From positions 41,268 to 73,267 of the forward strand of contig JAFXRP010000035.1 of assembly GCA_017526205.1 (NCBI GenBank): 32,000 bases of DNA, read 5' to 3'. The translations under genes were made by a program, and so were the position numbers. How positions within the stretch are numbered: position 1 is the stretch's first letter; each line of letters begins with the position of its first letter. Positions 1-8,048 of this stretch are shown here, one piece after another. Origin of the DNA: Bacteroidales bacterium. GTDB taxonomy: Bacteria > Bacteroidota > Bacteroidia > Bacteroidales > ML635J-15. The notes below the pieces were generated by a model that did not search any database, was not told where the DNA came from, and worked only from the letters and a program-made list of their open reading frames with translations.

Positions 1-179
1 CCAGCAAGACTGTTTTCTGTCTTTATTCTTGTTTCTATCCCTGTCACATATATGTTGTTGTCTGCTACGCATTTTTCGAGTTGCGCACGCACAATTTCCC
101 TCATTTTTTCGAATATCGCTATATTCTCACGATATTCGTCAAGAATCATCTGACAGTGAAAATCAAGATTGTATTCCAT
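1..179 (-). CDS. RelA/SpoT-domain protein (small alarmone synthetase-like); only the N-terminal 59 codons are present, and the gene runs off the left edge
   Basis: Hand translation of the minus strand from the ATG at 179 gives MEYNLDFHCQMILDEYRENIAIFEKMREIVRAQLEKCVADNNIYVTGIETRIKTENSLAG. The V.G...R[IV]K...S pattern resembles the start of the RelA_SpoT synthetase domain of RelQ/YjbM-type enzymes. The gene lies 22 nt downstream of the STAS gene on the same strand. It is absent from the ORF track because it is truncated. Confidence 0.45.
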   Translation of the reverse strand, partial: MEYNLDFHCQMILDEYRENIAIFEKMREIVRAQLEKCVADNNIYVTGIETRIKTENSLA

Positions 180-200
180 ATACAAGCCTTAGGCAAAAAA

Positions 201-503
201 TTAAACTATCTTGATTATGTTTGAGAAGCCTGTTATGTCGAAGATTTCCTTCACATTAGGCTTCATGTTTTTCAAAACAAGATTTCCCTTTCGTGAAGTG
301 ACACTTTTCTGTAACAAAAGAAACATTCTCAAACCTTGGCTTGATGTATATTCCAAACCCGTGCAGTCCATTTCGATGTCGGGATTATCGCCCTGCATAA
401 GTGGAGTAATGTCCTGCATAAACTTGTCGGCTGTTGTCGTGTCAAGTCGTCCGTTCAAAACTACAAAAGTCTTGTTTCCTGTATTTTCAATATTAACTTC
501 CAT
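201..503 (-). CDS. STAS-domain anti-sigma-factor antagonist (SpoIIAA/RsbV-like)
   Basis: A 100-aa ORF of typical STAS size. It contains the DCTGLEYTSSQGLRMFLLL segment, which includes the phosphorylatable Ser context, and ends in KEIFDITGF. It sits 10 nt downstream of the PP2C gene. Confidence 0.85.
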   Translation of the reverse strand: MEVNIENTGNKTFVVLNGRLDTTTADKFMQDITPLMQGDNPDIEMDCTGLEYTSSQGLRMFLLLQKSVTSRKGNLVLKNMKPNVKEIFDITGFSNIIKIV

Positions 504-512
504 AAATATATC

Positions 513-2417
513 TTATATTTTTATTGCAAAAATTGTTATATCATCATTCTGTTCGTTGTCACCAGCAAAGCTCTTAACCGTATCCAATACTGCCGAAACC
601 ATTTCTTCGGGATTTAGATTCTTGAATTCGGGTGTTGAAACAAACTGCAGGAGCCGTTCTTCGCCAAATTGTTCCTTGTCGGCTTTTTCTGCTTCTGTTA
701 CACCATCAGTGTAAAGCAGGAGCCTTGTTCCTGGGCACAAATCCAAACTTTCGGAATTGTATTCGAAACCATTCCATACACCTACAGCCATATTCGGAAT
801 CGCCTTGAGATAGTATGGCTTTTCATCGGGAGGAATGACAATTATCGGGTTGTGTCCTGCGTTGCATAATTCCATCTTTTTGGTTTCAAGGTCGATACAT
901 CCCACAAACAAGGTAACGAACATATTTGCCTCATTGTTCTTGGCAACACTATTGTTTATCCTTGTTACAACATCCTTGGCAGGCAATCCTAAATCGGCAA
1001 ACAAGTGACACATTACCCTCGTTATAGCCATTACGAAAGCTGCAGGTACGCCCTTTCCCGAAACATCTCCCACCGAGAAATAAAGATGGTTGTTGAAAAT
1101 TGTGAAATCGTAAAGGTCGCCACCGACTTCCTTTGCTGGAATCACCTTGGCATTAAGCGCGCATCGGCTGTCGTTTGGGAAATTCTTCGGAAGCATTCCT
1201 TCCTGTATTTTCTGGCCGATGTATAACTGTGTTTCCATGCGCTTCTTGGCCGATGTTGCCGTTTCAATTTGCTCAAGGTATGTCACTAAGGACTGTTGCA
1301 TGAACGCCAACGAGTCGCGTAGTATTAGAATCTCATCTTTCGACTTAACCTCAGGAAGCTGGGTATGGAAATCACCATTTGCGATATTCAGGGCAGAAAC
1401 GGAGAATTCTTTTATCGGCTTCGTAAGTTTCTTTATTATGCGATAGCATATTATGAACATTATCAGCAAGCCCAACAACCCTACTATGATAAGTACGAGA
1501 TGCATTTGAGAGGTTCGCTCAAGCACTTCGCTGTACTGGCAGGTTATTGACATCGACCAGCCGTTATCAAGTGGCGCATATACGGCAAACGCCAGTCCAC
1601 TTCTGGTAGAAAACCGCATTGTTCCGCTATCACCGGCAACCATACACCTCGATATCTCCGTTAGACTTCCGTTAAACAAGGTATCGGCTACTTCAATTGC
1701 CGATTCGCCGGCAAGATTAAATTCCGAACCAGATGTAAGGAATCTGCCTTGTGCGCTAATGAGTATGGTTTGCGAATGTTCGTACGGATGTATTGCTGAA
1801 ACTTTTTCCGAAAGCCAATCAAGCGAAATATCGGCAGTGATAATAGCGTATATGCGACCAGTGGAGTCTTTTAGCGGATAACTGTATGTTGTCATCATTT
1901 GCTCGCCACCACCAGCATCAAAGTATGGCTCGCTCCAATGCGAATTACCAGTATTTTTAGGTACGGTGTACCATTCCTGTGTAAAGTAGTCGTTTGTCTC
2001 GGATCCTAGTTCCTTGCTTTTAAGTTCGTGGGTAATAGCATCTTCGTATGAATATGGTGAAAAGAAATGCCTGCCTTCAAAATAGCACGAGTCGAAAGCT
2101 ATGGCACTGCCTATGATGTATGTGTTTTCTTCTACAACCTTGCGTGTAATGTGATAAAGGTAATCTTCGTCCGTATCATTTTCCTTTGCCAGCCACGAAG
2201 CGTCCTTCACAGTGGACTCCACAGTCTGCAAGGTTTTCTCAACATCGAGTATTGTGGCTTTCAGTATGTTTGATGCGCTTCGCTTTGCCTCATCGGAAAT
2301 AAGCAGATGAGACGATACCGCAACAATGCTAAGTACAATCACAAATAAGATTGTAACTATCAGCAGCACATTGAGGCTTAATCTCGTTGAAAATGATTTT
2401 GATTTTGAACGAATCAT
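513..2417 (-). CDS. Membrane sensor PP2C (SpoIIE/RsbU-type) serine phosphatase with an extracytoplasmic Cache-like domain and a HAMP linker
   Basis: An N-terminal TM helix is followed by a roughly 250-aa region with a Cache-like signature (HWSEPYFDAGGG...YSYPLKD..G.IYAIITADISLDWL). A second TM helix and a HAMP-like segment follow. The C-terminal part carries SpoIIE motifs: GGDLYDF, VGDVSGKGVPAA, NAGHNP, YTDGVTEA and DDITIFAIKI. Confidence 0.85.
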   Translation of the reverse strand: MIRSKSKSFSTRLSLNVLLIVTILFVIVLSIVAVSSHLLISDEAKRSASNILKATILDVEKTLQTVESTVKDASWLAKENDTDEDYLYHITRKVVEENTYIIGSAIAFDSCYFEGRHFFSPYSYEDAITHELKSKELGSETNDYFTQEWYTVPKNTGNSHWSEPYFDAGGGEQMMTTYSYPLKDSTGRIYAIITADISLDWLSEKVSAIHPYEHSQTILISAQGRFLTSGSEFNLAGESAIEVADTLFNGSLTEISRCMVAGDSGTMRFSTRSGLAFAVYAPLDNGWSMSITCQYSEVLERTSQMHLVLIIVGLLGLLIMFIICYRIIKKLTKPIKEFSVSALNIANGDFHTQLPEVKSKDEILILRDSLAFMQQSLVTYLEQIETATSAKKRMETQLYIGQKIQEGMLPKNFPNDSRCALNAKVIPAKEVGGDLYDFTIFNNHLYFSVGDVSGKGVPAAFVMAITRVMCHLFADLGLPAKDVVTRINNSVAKNNEANMFVTLFVGCIDLETKKMELCNAGHNPIIVIPPDEKPYYLKAIPNMAVGVWNGFEYNSESLDLCPGTRLLLYTDGVTEAEKADKEQFGEERLLQFVSTPEFKNLNPEEMVSAVLDTVKSFAGDNEQNDDITIFAIKI

Positions 2418-2422
2418 AGCAC

Positions 2423-2839
2423 CTATTCTTTAGCGATTTCCTTTTTCATTGTAAGAATATTGCATCCGTCCTCGTAGCGGTACTGAACATCGTCCATAAG
2501 TTGCTTACAAAGATAAATGCCCAAACCACCGATTTCCCTCTCTTCGAGAGGCAAGTTGATATCGGGATCCTCTTTTTCGAGCGGATTAAACGGTTTTCCT
2601 GCATCCTTCAATGTAATTGTAAGTGCAAAACCATTTTTTTCGAGGGCGGTGCCGACTTCCATCCATCCAATACCATCCTTGTAGGCGTACTGAACAACAT
2701 TCTCTACAGTTTCCTCTATGGAAAGTCTCAACTTGAACCGCAAATCTTCGTCTTTAGGCATATCTGGAGACGACATGAGATACTCAATAATCTCTGCAGC
2801 TTTATCCTTAATCGGATTGAACAGTTTCTTCATTTTCAA
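2423..2839 (-). CDS. RsbW/SpoIIAB-like serine protein kinase (HATPase_c_2, annotated class: anti-sigma regulatory factor)
   Basis: A 138-aa ORF with an N-box-like EETVENVVQYA, a G1-like DAGKPFNP and a G2-like GGLGIYL. It lies 5 nt upstream of the PP2C gene. A TAaaTTTG -7 box at 2854-2861 (minus strand) precedes it. Confidence 0.8.
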   Translation of the reverse strand: MKMKKLFNPIKDKAAEIIEYLMSSPDMPKDEDLRFKLRLSIEETVENVVQYAYKDGIGWMEVGTALEKNGFALTITLKDAGKPFNPLEKEDPDINLPLEEREIGGLGIYLCKQLMDDVQYRYEDGCNILTMKKEIAKE

Positions 2840-2877
2840 AAAAAATTAGTGGACAAATTTACATAAAAATTGTTTTT

Positions 2878-4554
2878 CTATACCAACCTTCGTATAGATT
2901 TTCCAACATTTATCAAGTGGTCGGCAACACGCTCGGCATTGGACGACAATGAAAGGTATTCTGCACCTACATCAGGAGAACAAAGTCCAAGCGACATTCG
3001 AGCTATATGGCTAGTTTCCATATGCTTGGTATACTCATCTATCTTATCCTCTATCTTGTCGGCTTCGGCAAAAGCATTTAAATCCTCATCGTTGTATGCC
3101 AGCATTATCTTGTCGTATAGCTTGTTAATAAGTGTGCGCACATTCTCGATTTCCTCCACCGCCTGCGATGAAAACTTTTCGCCCGACTCCTTAAGCATAC
3201 CTGCATACTCGACAATGTTTTCGGCATAGTCGCCTATACGCTCAATGTCGCGAACAGTGCGGAATGTAGTAGTAAGATAGTTATGGTCTTTTTCACTCAA
3301 CTGCCTCTTTTTCGACAACTTAACCACATAATCAATGATTGCGGTGTTGAGGAAATTCAACTGATTCTCCTCTTTTGCAAACTTATCCTTCTCAGTGAAA
3401 TCCAACTTGGTAACAATGTCCAACGAACGATTAAAATTTCCGATAGCAATCTGCGCCATGTTTACAATCTCGCGCTTTGTCTGTTGCACTGCCACAGGCG
3501 GAGTCAGCAACATGTTGTCATCGACAAAGAAAAGTCGTGGACTGTCGGGATCGGTTTCAACCTTGTCGGGAATCATCTTGCAAACCAACTTCACGAGTGC
3601 ACCAGTCAGCGGAAGAACTATTATTACGGTAGCCACATTGAATATCGTATGGAACATAGCAAGCTGCACCTGCGGCACATCGGGGAACATCCTGTGGAAA
3701 ATATTTCCAAAACTCATATCCTTGGAAAACAATCCCATGACAAATGACGCCACAAGGAACAAAACAGCACCGCTGACATTGAATATCAAGTGAATCATTG
3801 CAGTACGTTGTGCATTTCGTCCGCTCGTCACACCAGCTACGATTGCCACAACGCATGAACCGACATTTGAACCTATTGTCAGGAAAATGCCTTGGTCGAG
3901 AGTTATAAGCCCTGTGACTACCATAGCAAGCGCAATGGATGTCATTACAGATGAACTTTGTATGATGGCTGTGAAAATTGCACCGATAAGCACCAGCAGG
4001 ATCGGATTGCTGATTCCTGCAAGGAAAGTTTTTACCGCTTCCATTTCGGCAAAGTCCGACATCGACGAACTCATCAGGCTCAATCCGACGAACAGCATAC
4101 CGAATCCAGTAAAAATTCCGCCCATGCGCTTCCAAAAGTCGCTTTTCGAGAACAGCATTGCGAAAGCACCAATGCCTGCAAATGCAGAGAAAATTACGGT
4201 TGTGGAAAGCACATTTTCGCCAAACATACCTAGGGCAACAATCTGCGCTGTGATGGTAGTACCAATGTTTGCACCGTATATCATGGTCGCCGCCTGGGCA
4301 AGTGAGATTATTCCCGCATTCACGAAACCTATGACCATCACGGTGGTAGCACCAGAACTCTGGATGGCTGCCGTACCAAGAGCTCCAATTCCTACTCCAA
4401 GTAATTTGCTCTTCGAGGCTTTTGCAAATAGATTCTTTAGTTTGCTCGAACTTGCCGACTCGAGGTTTGAACTCATCATCTGACACGCGATAAGGAAGAT
4501 TCCGATGCCGGAAAGCAGTGTCAGTATTGCTGAAATTATAGCTGTTGTTGTCAT
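2878..4554 (-). CDS. Na/Pi cotransporter family protein with C-terminal PhoU-like repeats
   Basis: The protein is polytopic, with duplicated Na_Pi_cotrans-type segments (GATTVMVIGFVNAG..., SSSVMTSIALAMV...). The C-terminal part has PhoU-like helices (RDIERIGDYAENI, AERVADHLINV). I place the start at the internal ATG at 4554 (MTTTAIISAIL...) rather than the ORF-track start at 4605, which lies in the putative leader. Confidence 0.85.
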   Translation of the reverse strand: MTTTAIISAILTLLSGIGIFLIACQMMSSNLESASSSKLKNLFAKASKSKLLGVGIGALGTAAIQSSGATTVMVIGFVNAGIISLAQAATMIYGANIGTTITAQIVALGMFGENVLSTTVIFSAFAGIGAFAMLFSKSDFWKRMGGIFTGFGMLFVGLSLMSSSMSDFAEMEAVKTFLAGISNPILLVLIGAIFTAIIQSSSVMTSIALAMVVTGLITLDQGIFLTIGSNVGSCVVAIVAGVTSGRNAQRTAMIHLIFNVSGAVLFLVASFVMGLFSKDMSFGNIFHRMFPDVPQVQLAMFHTIFNVATVIIVLPLTGALVKLVCKMIPDKVETDPDSPRLFFVDDNMLLTPPVAVQQTKREIVNMAQIAIGNFNRSLDIVTKLDFTEKDKFAKEENQLNFLNTAIIDYVVKLSKKRQLSEKDHNYLTTTFRTVRDIERIGDYAENIVEYAGMLKESGEKFSSQAVEEIENVRTLINKLYDKIMLAYNDEDLNAFAEADKIEDKIDEYTKHMETSHIARMSLGLCSPDVGAEYLSLSSNAERVADHLINVGKSIRRLV

Positions 4555-4575
4555 TTCAAAAAAAGTGTCACAGCA

Positions 4576-4615
4576 TTTTGCCATCGAATGTGAAAGGCAA
4601 AACACCTTGTTTCAC
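4576..4615 (-). promoter_or_regulatory. Possible H-type pseudoknot in the 5' leader of the Na/Pi cotransporter mRNA
   Basis: The mRNA-sense sequence is GUGAAA-caaggug-UUUUGCC-UUUCAC-auucgau-GGCAAAA. It contains two interleaved perfect helices of 6 bp and 7 bp, and ends about 20 nt before the ATG at 4554. Confidence 0.3.
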
Positions 4616-4711
4616 AAAAAAAATTTTTTGCAAAATAAGCATTTTACAAGTTTCATTGAAAAAGGAAAATAATGTTATTCGGCATAATTTCTTAAGATTG
4701 GAATCAAATAA

Positions 4712-4749
4712 AAATTTTATAAGAAAAGTTATAATAATAAAAATTATAA
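4712..4749 (+). repeat. Left copy of a roughly 39-bp direct repeat flanking the ATPase gene
   Basis: The sequence is aaattttataagaaaagttataataataaaaattataa. It matches 5916-5954 with one 1-nt indel and two mismatches. Confidence 0.75.
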
Positions 4750-4778
4750 TTATTTTTGCAATGTAAAATATTAATGTT

Positions 4779-5915
4779 ATGAAAGTTGGAAATCCATTTA
4801 TAATAACAGGGAAATATGTATCTGACGAATATTTCTGTGACAGGGAAAAAGAATCGGCTGAACTGGTGTCAAATATAACAAACTGGCGCAATACGGTTTT
4901 AGTATCACAACGAAGAATGGGCAAATCGGGACTTATTGAACATGTATTTGCAACACCAGAAATATCAAAGGATTACGAAACATTTTTCGTTGACATATAC
5001 GACACTGCAAACATTGAGGATTTTATTTTGCTGCTTGGAAAAGAAATATGCACAAGACTACAATCACGAGGAGAAAGACTTATGGAAAAGTTTCTTATGA
5101 CAGCAAATTCTATAGTCGCATCGTTCAGCGCCGACCCAATAACGGGTATGCCATCAATTGATTTAAGTCTAAACGGAACAAATTCAGCAGGCAGAACATT
5201 GGAACAAATATTCAAGTTCATGGAAAACAACGTAAGACCATGCGTTGTAGCAATTGATGAGTTCCAGCAAATAGCAGACTATCATGACGGCAGAAAAATT
5301 ATTGCAACCCTGCGCAAACTAGTACAAAACTGCAAGCAAACTCGTTTCATTTTTGCAGGTAGCAACCGAAGAATGATGGGACAACTATTCAATTCTCCAT
5401 CTGAACCATTCTTTATGAGTTGCACTCCTTTGTATTTGGAAGCTATTTCGTTCGACAAGTACGGAGAGTTTGTGGAAAGACATTTTGAAAACAACGGTAA
5501 ACATATTGAAAAACAATGCATTGAATCTGTCTATAAGGCATACGATGGTCATACATGGTACATTCAGTATATATTTAACCGCATTTTTGAAAATACAGCA
5601 AAAGGCGAAACCGCCAACGAACAATCTGTTGAAATTGCAGTTTGCAATATTCTTGACATTTTCGGACATTTTTTCCAAGAAATGTTAATTGCAGTTTCCG
5701 AAAGACAGAAATCCTTGCTAATCGCTTTGGCGAAAGAAGGCAAGGTAAAAAATATTACTGGAACAAATTTTATTACTGACAACAAACTGAAAACAGCAAG
5801 CGCTGTTCAAGGAGCATTGAAACCATTAATTGAAAACAAAACCATAACTAGAGAAGAAGAATTTTACCGCATTACAAACAGATTTTTCTCTATCTGGTTG
5901 GCAAGAAGGTATTAG
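4779..5915 (+). CDS. Orphan P-loop ATPase (Arch_ATPase / COG1672-like) with a C-terminal winged-helix-like tail
   Basis: Walker A is QRRMGKSGL and Walker B is VVAIDEFQ. The N-terminus (NPFIITGKYVSDEYFCDREKE) is typical of this ATPase family. The C-terminal part (SERQKSLLIALAKEG...) looks wHTH-like. Confidence 0.7.
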   Translation: MKVGNPFIITGKYVSDEYFCDREKESAELVSNITNWRNTVLVSQRRMGKSGLIEHVFATPEISKDYETFFVDIYDTANIEDFILLLGKEICTRLQSRGERLMEKFLMTANSIVASFSADPITGMPSIDLSLNGTNSAGRTLEQIFKFMENNVRPCVVAIDEFQQIADYHDGRKIIATLRKLVQNCKQTRFIFAGSNRRMMGQLFNSPSEPFFMSCTPLYLEAISFDKYGEFVERHFENNGKHIEKQCIESVYKAYDGHTWYIQYIFNRIFENTAKGETANEQSVEIAVCNILDIFGHFFQEMLIAVSERQKSLLIALAKEGKVKNITGTNFITDNKLKTASAVQGALKPLIENKTITREEEFYRITNRFFSIWLARRY

Positions 5916-5954
5916 AAATTTTTATAAGAAAAATTATAATAATAAACATTATAA
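5916..5954 (+). repeat. Right copy of the roughly 39-bp direct repeat flanking the ATPase gene
   Basis: The sequence is aaatttttataagaaaaattataataataaacattataa. It starts 1 nt after the ATPase stop codon. Confidence 0.75.
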
Positions 5955-6025
5955 AACCAACCTCTAATTATCGCATAATATTAATACATAGTGTTTTATC
6001 AATCATAACACTTTGCAAAACTGCA

Positions 6026-6053
6026 TAAAAAAAGAATGTCTTTTGACATTCTT
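6026..6053 (-). terminator. Rho-independent terminator downstream of tRNA-Met
   Basis: The minus-strand sequence AAGAAUGUC-AAAA-GACAUUCUU forms a 9-bp stem with a 4-nt loop. A U7 tract follows, seen as the A-run at 6026-6032 on the plus strand. Confidence 0.75.
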
Positions 6054-6057
6054 AACT

Positions 6058-6133
<76 letters not shown>

Positions 6134-6143
6134 ATTGCGGGTG

Positions 6144-6174
6144 CAAAAGTACAACAAAAATTGAAAATTGCAAA
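6144..6174 (-). promoter_or_regulatory. Bacteroidota-type promoter of tRNA-fMet (TTTG-N19-TActTTTG)
   Basis: The minus-strand sequence reads TTTG-CAATTTTCAATTTTTGTTG-TACTTTTG. The -7 box ends 10 nt upstream of tRNA position 1. This is an exact match to the Bacteroides -33/-7 consensus with a 19-nt spacer. Confidence 0.75.
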
Positions 6175-6246
6175 AAGTTTTTTGAAATGTTTGTAGATTT
6201 AACAATTTGACGATTAATTACGTCAAGCCAAAAGTTTAATAAATTA

Positions 6247-6290
6247 ATGATTATCAATTGTTAATTATACATTGTCCATTATCAATTAGA
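6247..6290. repeat. Copy 1 of a dispersed 44-bp AT-rich repeat (partner at 31667-31710)
   Basis: The sequence aatgattatcaattgttaattatacattgtccattatcaattaga aligns with aataattatcaattgttaattgtacattatccattattaatttga. There are 5 mismatches over 44 nt. Confidence 0.8.
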
Positions 6291-8043
6291 ACAAATATGT
6301 CAACCCCACCATTGCATTGAATCCCTGTGCACGGTAGTTGTTCCAAATGTAGTAGCGCTGACAGGCAATGTTGTTGAGATAAAGGAATGCGCTGAAATTG
6401 TCGTCGAACTTATATTCTCCAAAGAGGTTAACATCAATCACAGCCTTCATCTTCTTGGCATACTGTACGCCTTCAACATATTCCTTTGCATAGCACCTGT
6501 TCAGGAAATAACCTTCCACACCAAAAGAAATCTTGTTGGTAAGACGGTACGAAGCCCTCAGACTGACATCCAAGTCTGGCATCTGCCACGGACGCGCATC
6601 AGCAATTTTGGGAGAATTAAGCACATTCGGATCTCCCAATTTGATATAATAGTAGTAGTGCGCCTTCAGCATAATGTCAAGTCCTGGAGAAAGGTCACGC
6701 ATCGAAAGTTCGGCGTATGCACCAACACGGTCAACATCCATATATTCCATCCTGAACTTGTTGTGCAATGGTTCAAGGGTATCATTTACAAAGAATACCA
6801 TCTTGTCGATATGCGAGTAGTTGGCATTGACATGTAAGTAAACCTTTTTACTTATGTTTGCCTTTAAGCCCAAGTTAACTTCGTGCTGATAACTTGTGTT
6901 AACATAAGGAAAACTAATTACAAAAGGATTTATGGTCGAAAGATACTCTAGGTTATTGTTCTCCAAATGTCCGCCATAGCTAATATATGGCAGCAAAGTA
7001 TTGCTGATATTCAACTGTGCATATACATCGGGGTATATATAAAATTTATTTGTAGAACCAGCACTATAAACCAAATTAGCACCTGCTTTTACGTTCCATT
7101 TTTCGTTCTCGAAACGGAAATATGGTTCTGGATTAAAAAACATATCATTAATAGTATTATTAACCCACGATATCTTGTTGGCATTGAACAGATAATTAAT
7201 ATCCACTCCGTAGCTGATATTCTTCACTGTACGACCAATATTTGCAATAACATCAATCTTATGCTGATAGTCCTTTGTCTTGGTAAAGAGATACTGGTAA
7301 CCTAATCCGAACTTATAATTCCAATGCTTCTTGCCAGTCTGCTGAGATTCGAAAGCCATGTTAGCCCCTACCCTACTAAAACGTTGTTTTTCGACCTCAT
7401 CGCGGGTATCAACATAATCAAAGGTTTCCCAGTTTATAGTATCGGTATTGCCATAAACCTTCGGGTCGTAACCGTAATAGCAGATTCCGTTGGACGAGAA
7501 ATAAACCTTACCCGAAAGCACCGACTTTGCAAACAATTTCTTGCCGAATGCCTCAATGCGACTGTCATCATATCCCGAATAAATCTTCTGGTTCAGGTAG
7601 TTCTTTATCTTGCCGAATGACGAATGGTGGTGAGCTGCAATGCCTAACGAATAATTCTTCTGGCGTTTTGAATTGATATACAGCTCGGCAAATGGCGAAA
7701 TGTAGTTTCCATATCCTACCTTAACAAAGCCAGTATTCAATGGTTTCAACGCTTCTCCCTTAACTGTTGCCGCAGAAATCTTCTGTGGAGTAAAGCTTGT
7801 GCGGTACATCGTAGGCATTACCGAATATTCAAACTTTGGTTCGGTCTTCACGGTGTCGGCAATCACAGGAAGGCTCTGGATTCTGCTGGCATCCTTCAGC
7901 ACCGGCGAATAATCGTTGTAAATGACAACCGTCTGTTCCTCAAGGGTATTGTCCTCCTGAGCCATAAGGCTACATCCTAGCACAACAAATGCTATCAGCA
8001 AGGTCAAATATTTCATATCATTAGTTTTTCGCTTCATTTCCAA
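6286..8043 (-). CDS. Putative outer-membrane beta-barrel protein (Bacteroidota putative-porin, Porin_10-like)
   Basis: A signal peptide with a possible lipobox (VVLGCS) is present. Alternating aromatic/hydrophilic beta-strand patterns run throughout the sequence. The C-terminus ends ...MVGLTYLF, with a terminal Phe as is usual for OMPs. The start is 5 nt downstream of the TPR gene. Alternative starts are at 8037 and 8016. Confidence 0.55.
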   Translation of the reverse strand: MEMKRKTNDMKYLTLLIAFVVLGCSLMAQEDNTLEEQTVVIYNDYSPVLKDASRIQSLPVIADTVKTEPKFEYSVMPTMYRTSFTPQKISAATVKGEALKPLNTGFVKVGYGNYISPFAELYINSKRQKNYSLGIAAHHHSSFGKIKNYLNQKIYSGYDDSRIEAFGKKLFAKSVLSGKVYFSSNGICYYGYDPKVYGNTDTINWETFDYVDTRDEVEKQRFSRVGANMAFESQQTGKKHWNYKFGLGYQYLFTKTKDYQHKIDVIANIGRTVKNISYGVDINYLFNANKISWVNNTINDMFFNPEPYFRFENEKWNVKAGANLVYSAGSTNKFYIYPDVYAQLNISNTLLPYISYGGHLENNNLEYLSTINPFVISFPYVNTSYQHEVNLGLKANISKKVYLHVNANYSHIDKMVFFVNDTLEPLHNKFRMEYMDVDRVGAYAELSMRDLSPGLDIMLKAHYYYYIKLGDPNVLNSPKIADARPWQMPDLDVSLRASYRLTNKISFGVEGYFLNRCYAKEYVEGVQYAKKMKAVIDVNLFGEYKFDDNFSAFLYLNNIACQRYYIWNNYRAQGFNAMVGLTYLF

Positions 8044-8048
8044 TCAGT

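Noticed and set aside
211-714. A 167-aa plus-strand ORF spanning the STAS gene and the 3' end of the PP2C gene
   Set aside because: It is antisense to two recognisable genes and has no motifs.
3557-4486. A 309-aa alternative-frame minus-strand ORF, and 154-198-aa plus-strand ORFs, inside the Na/Pi cotransporter gene
   Set aside because: They overlap a well-supported membrane transporter frame. Their products are Cys/Arg/His-rich and have no domain signatures.
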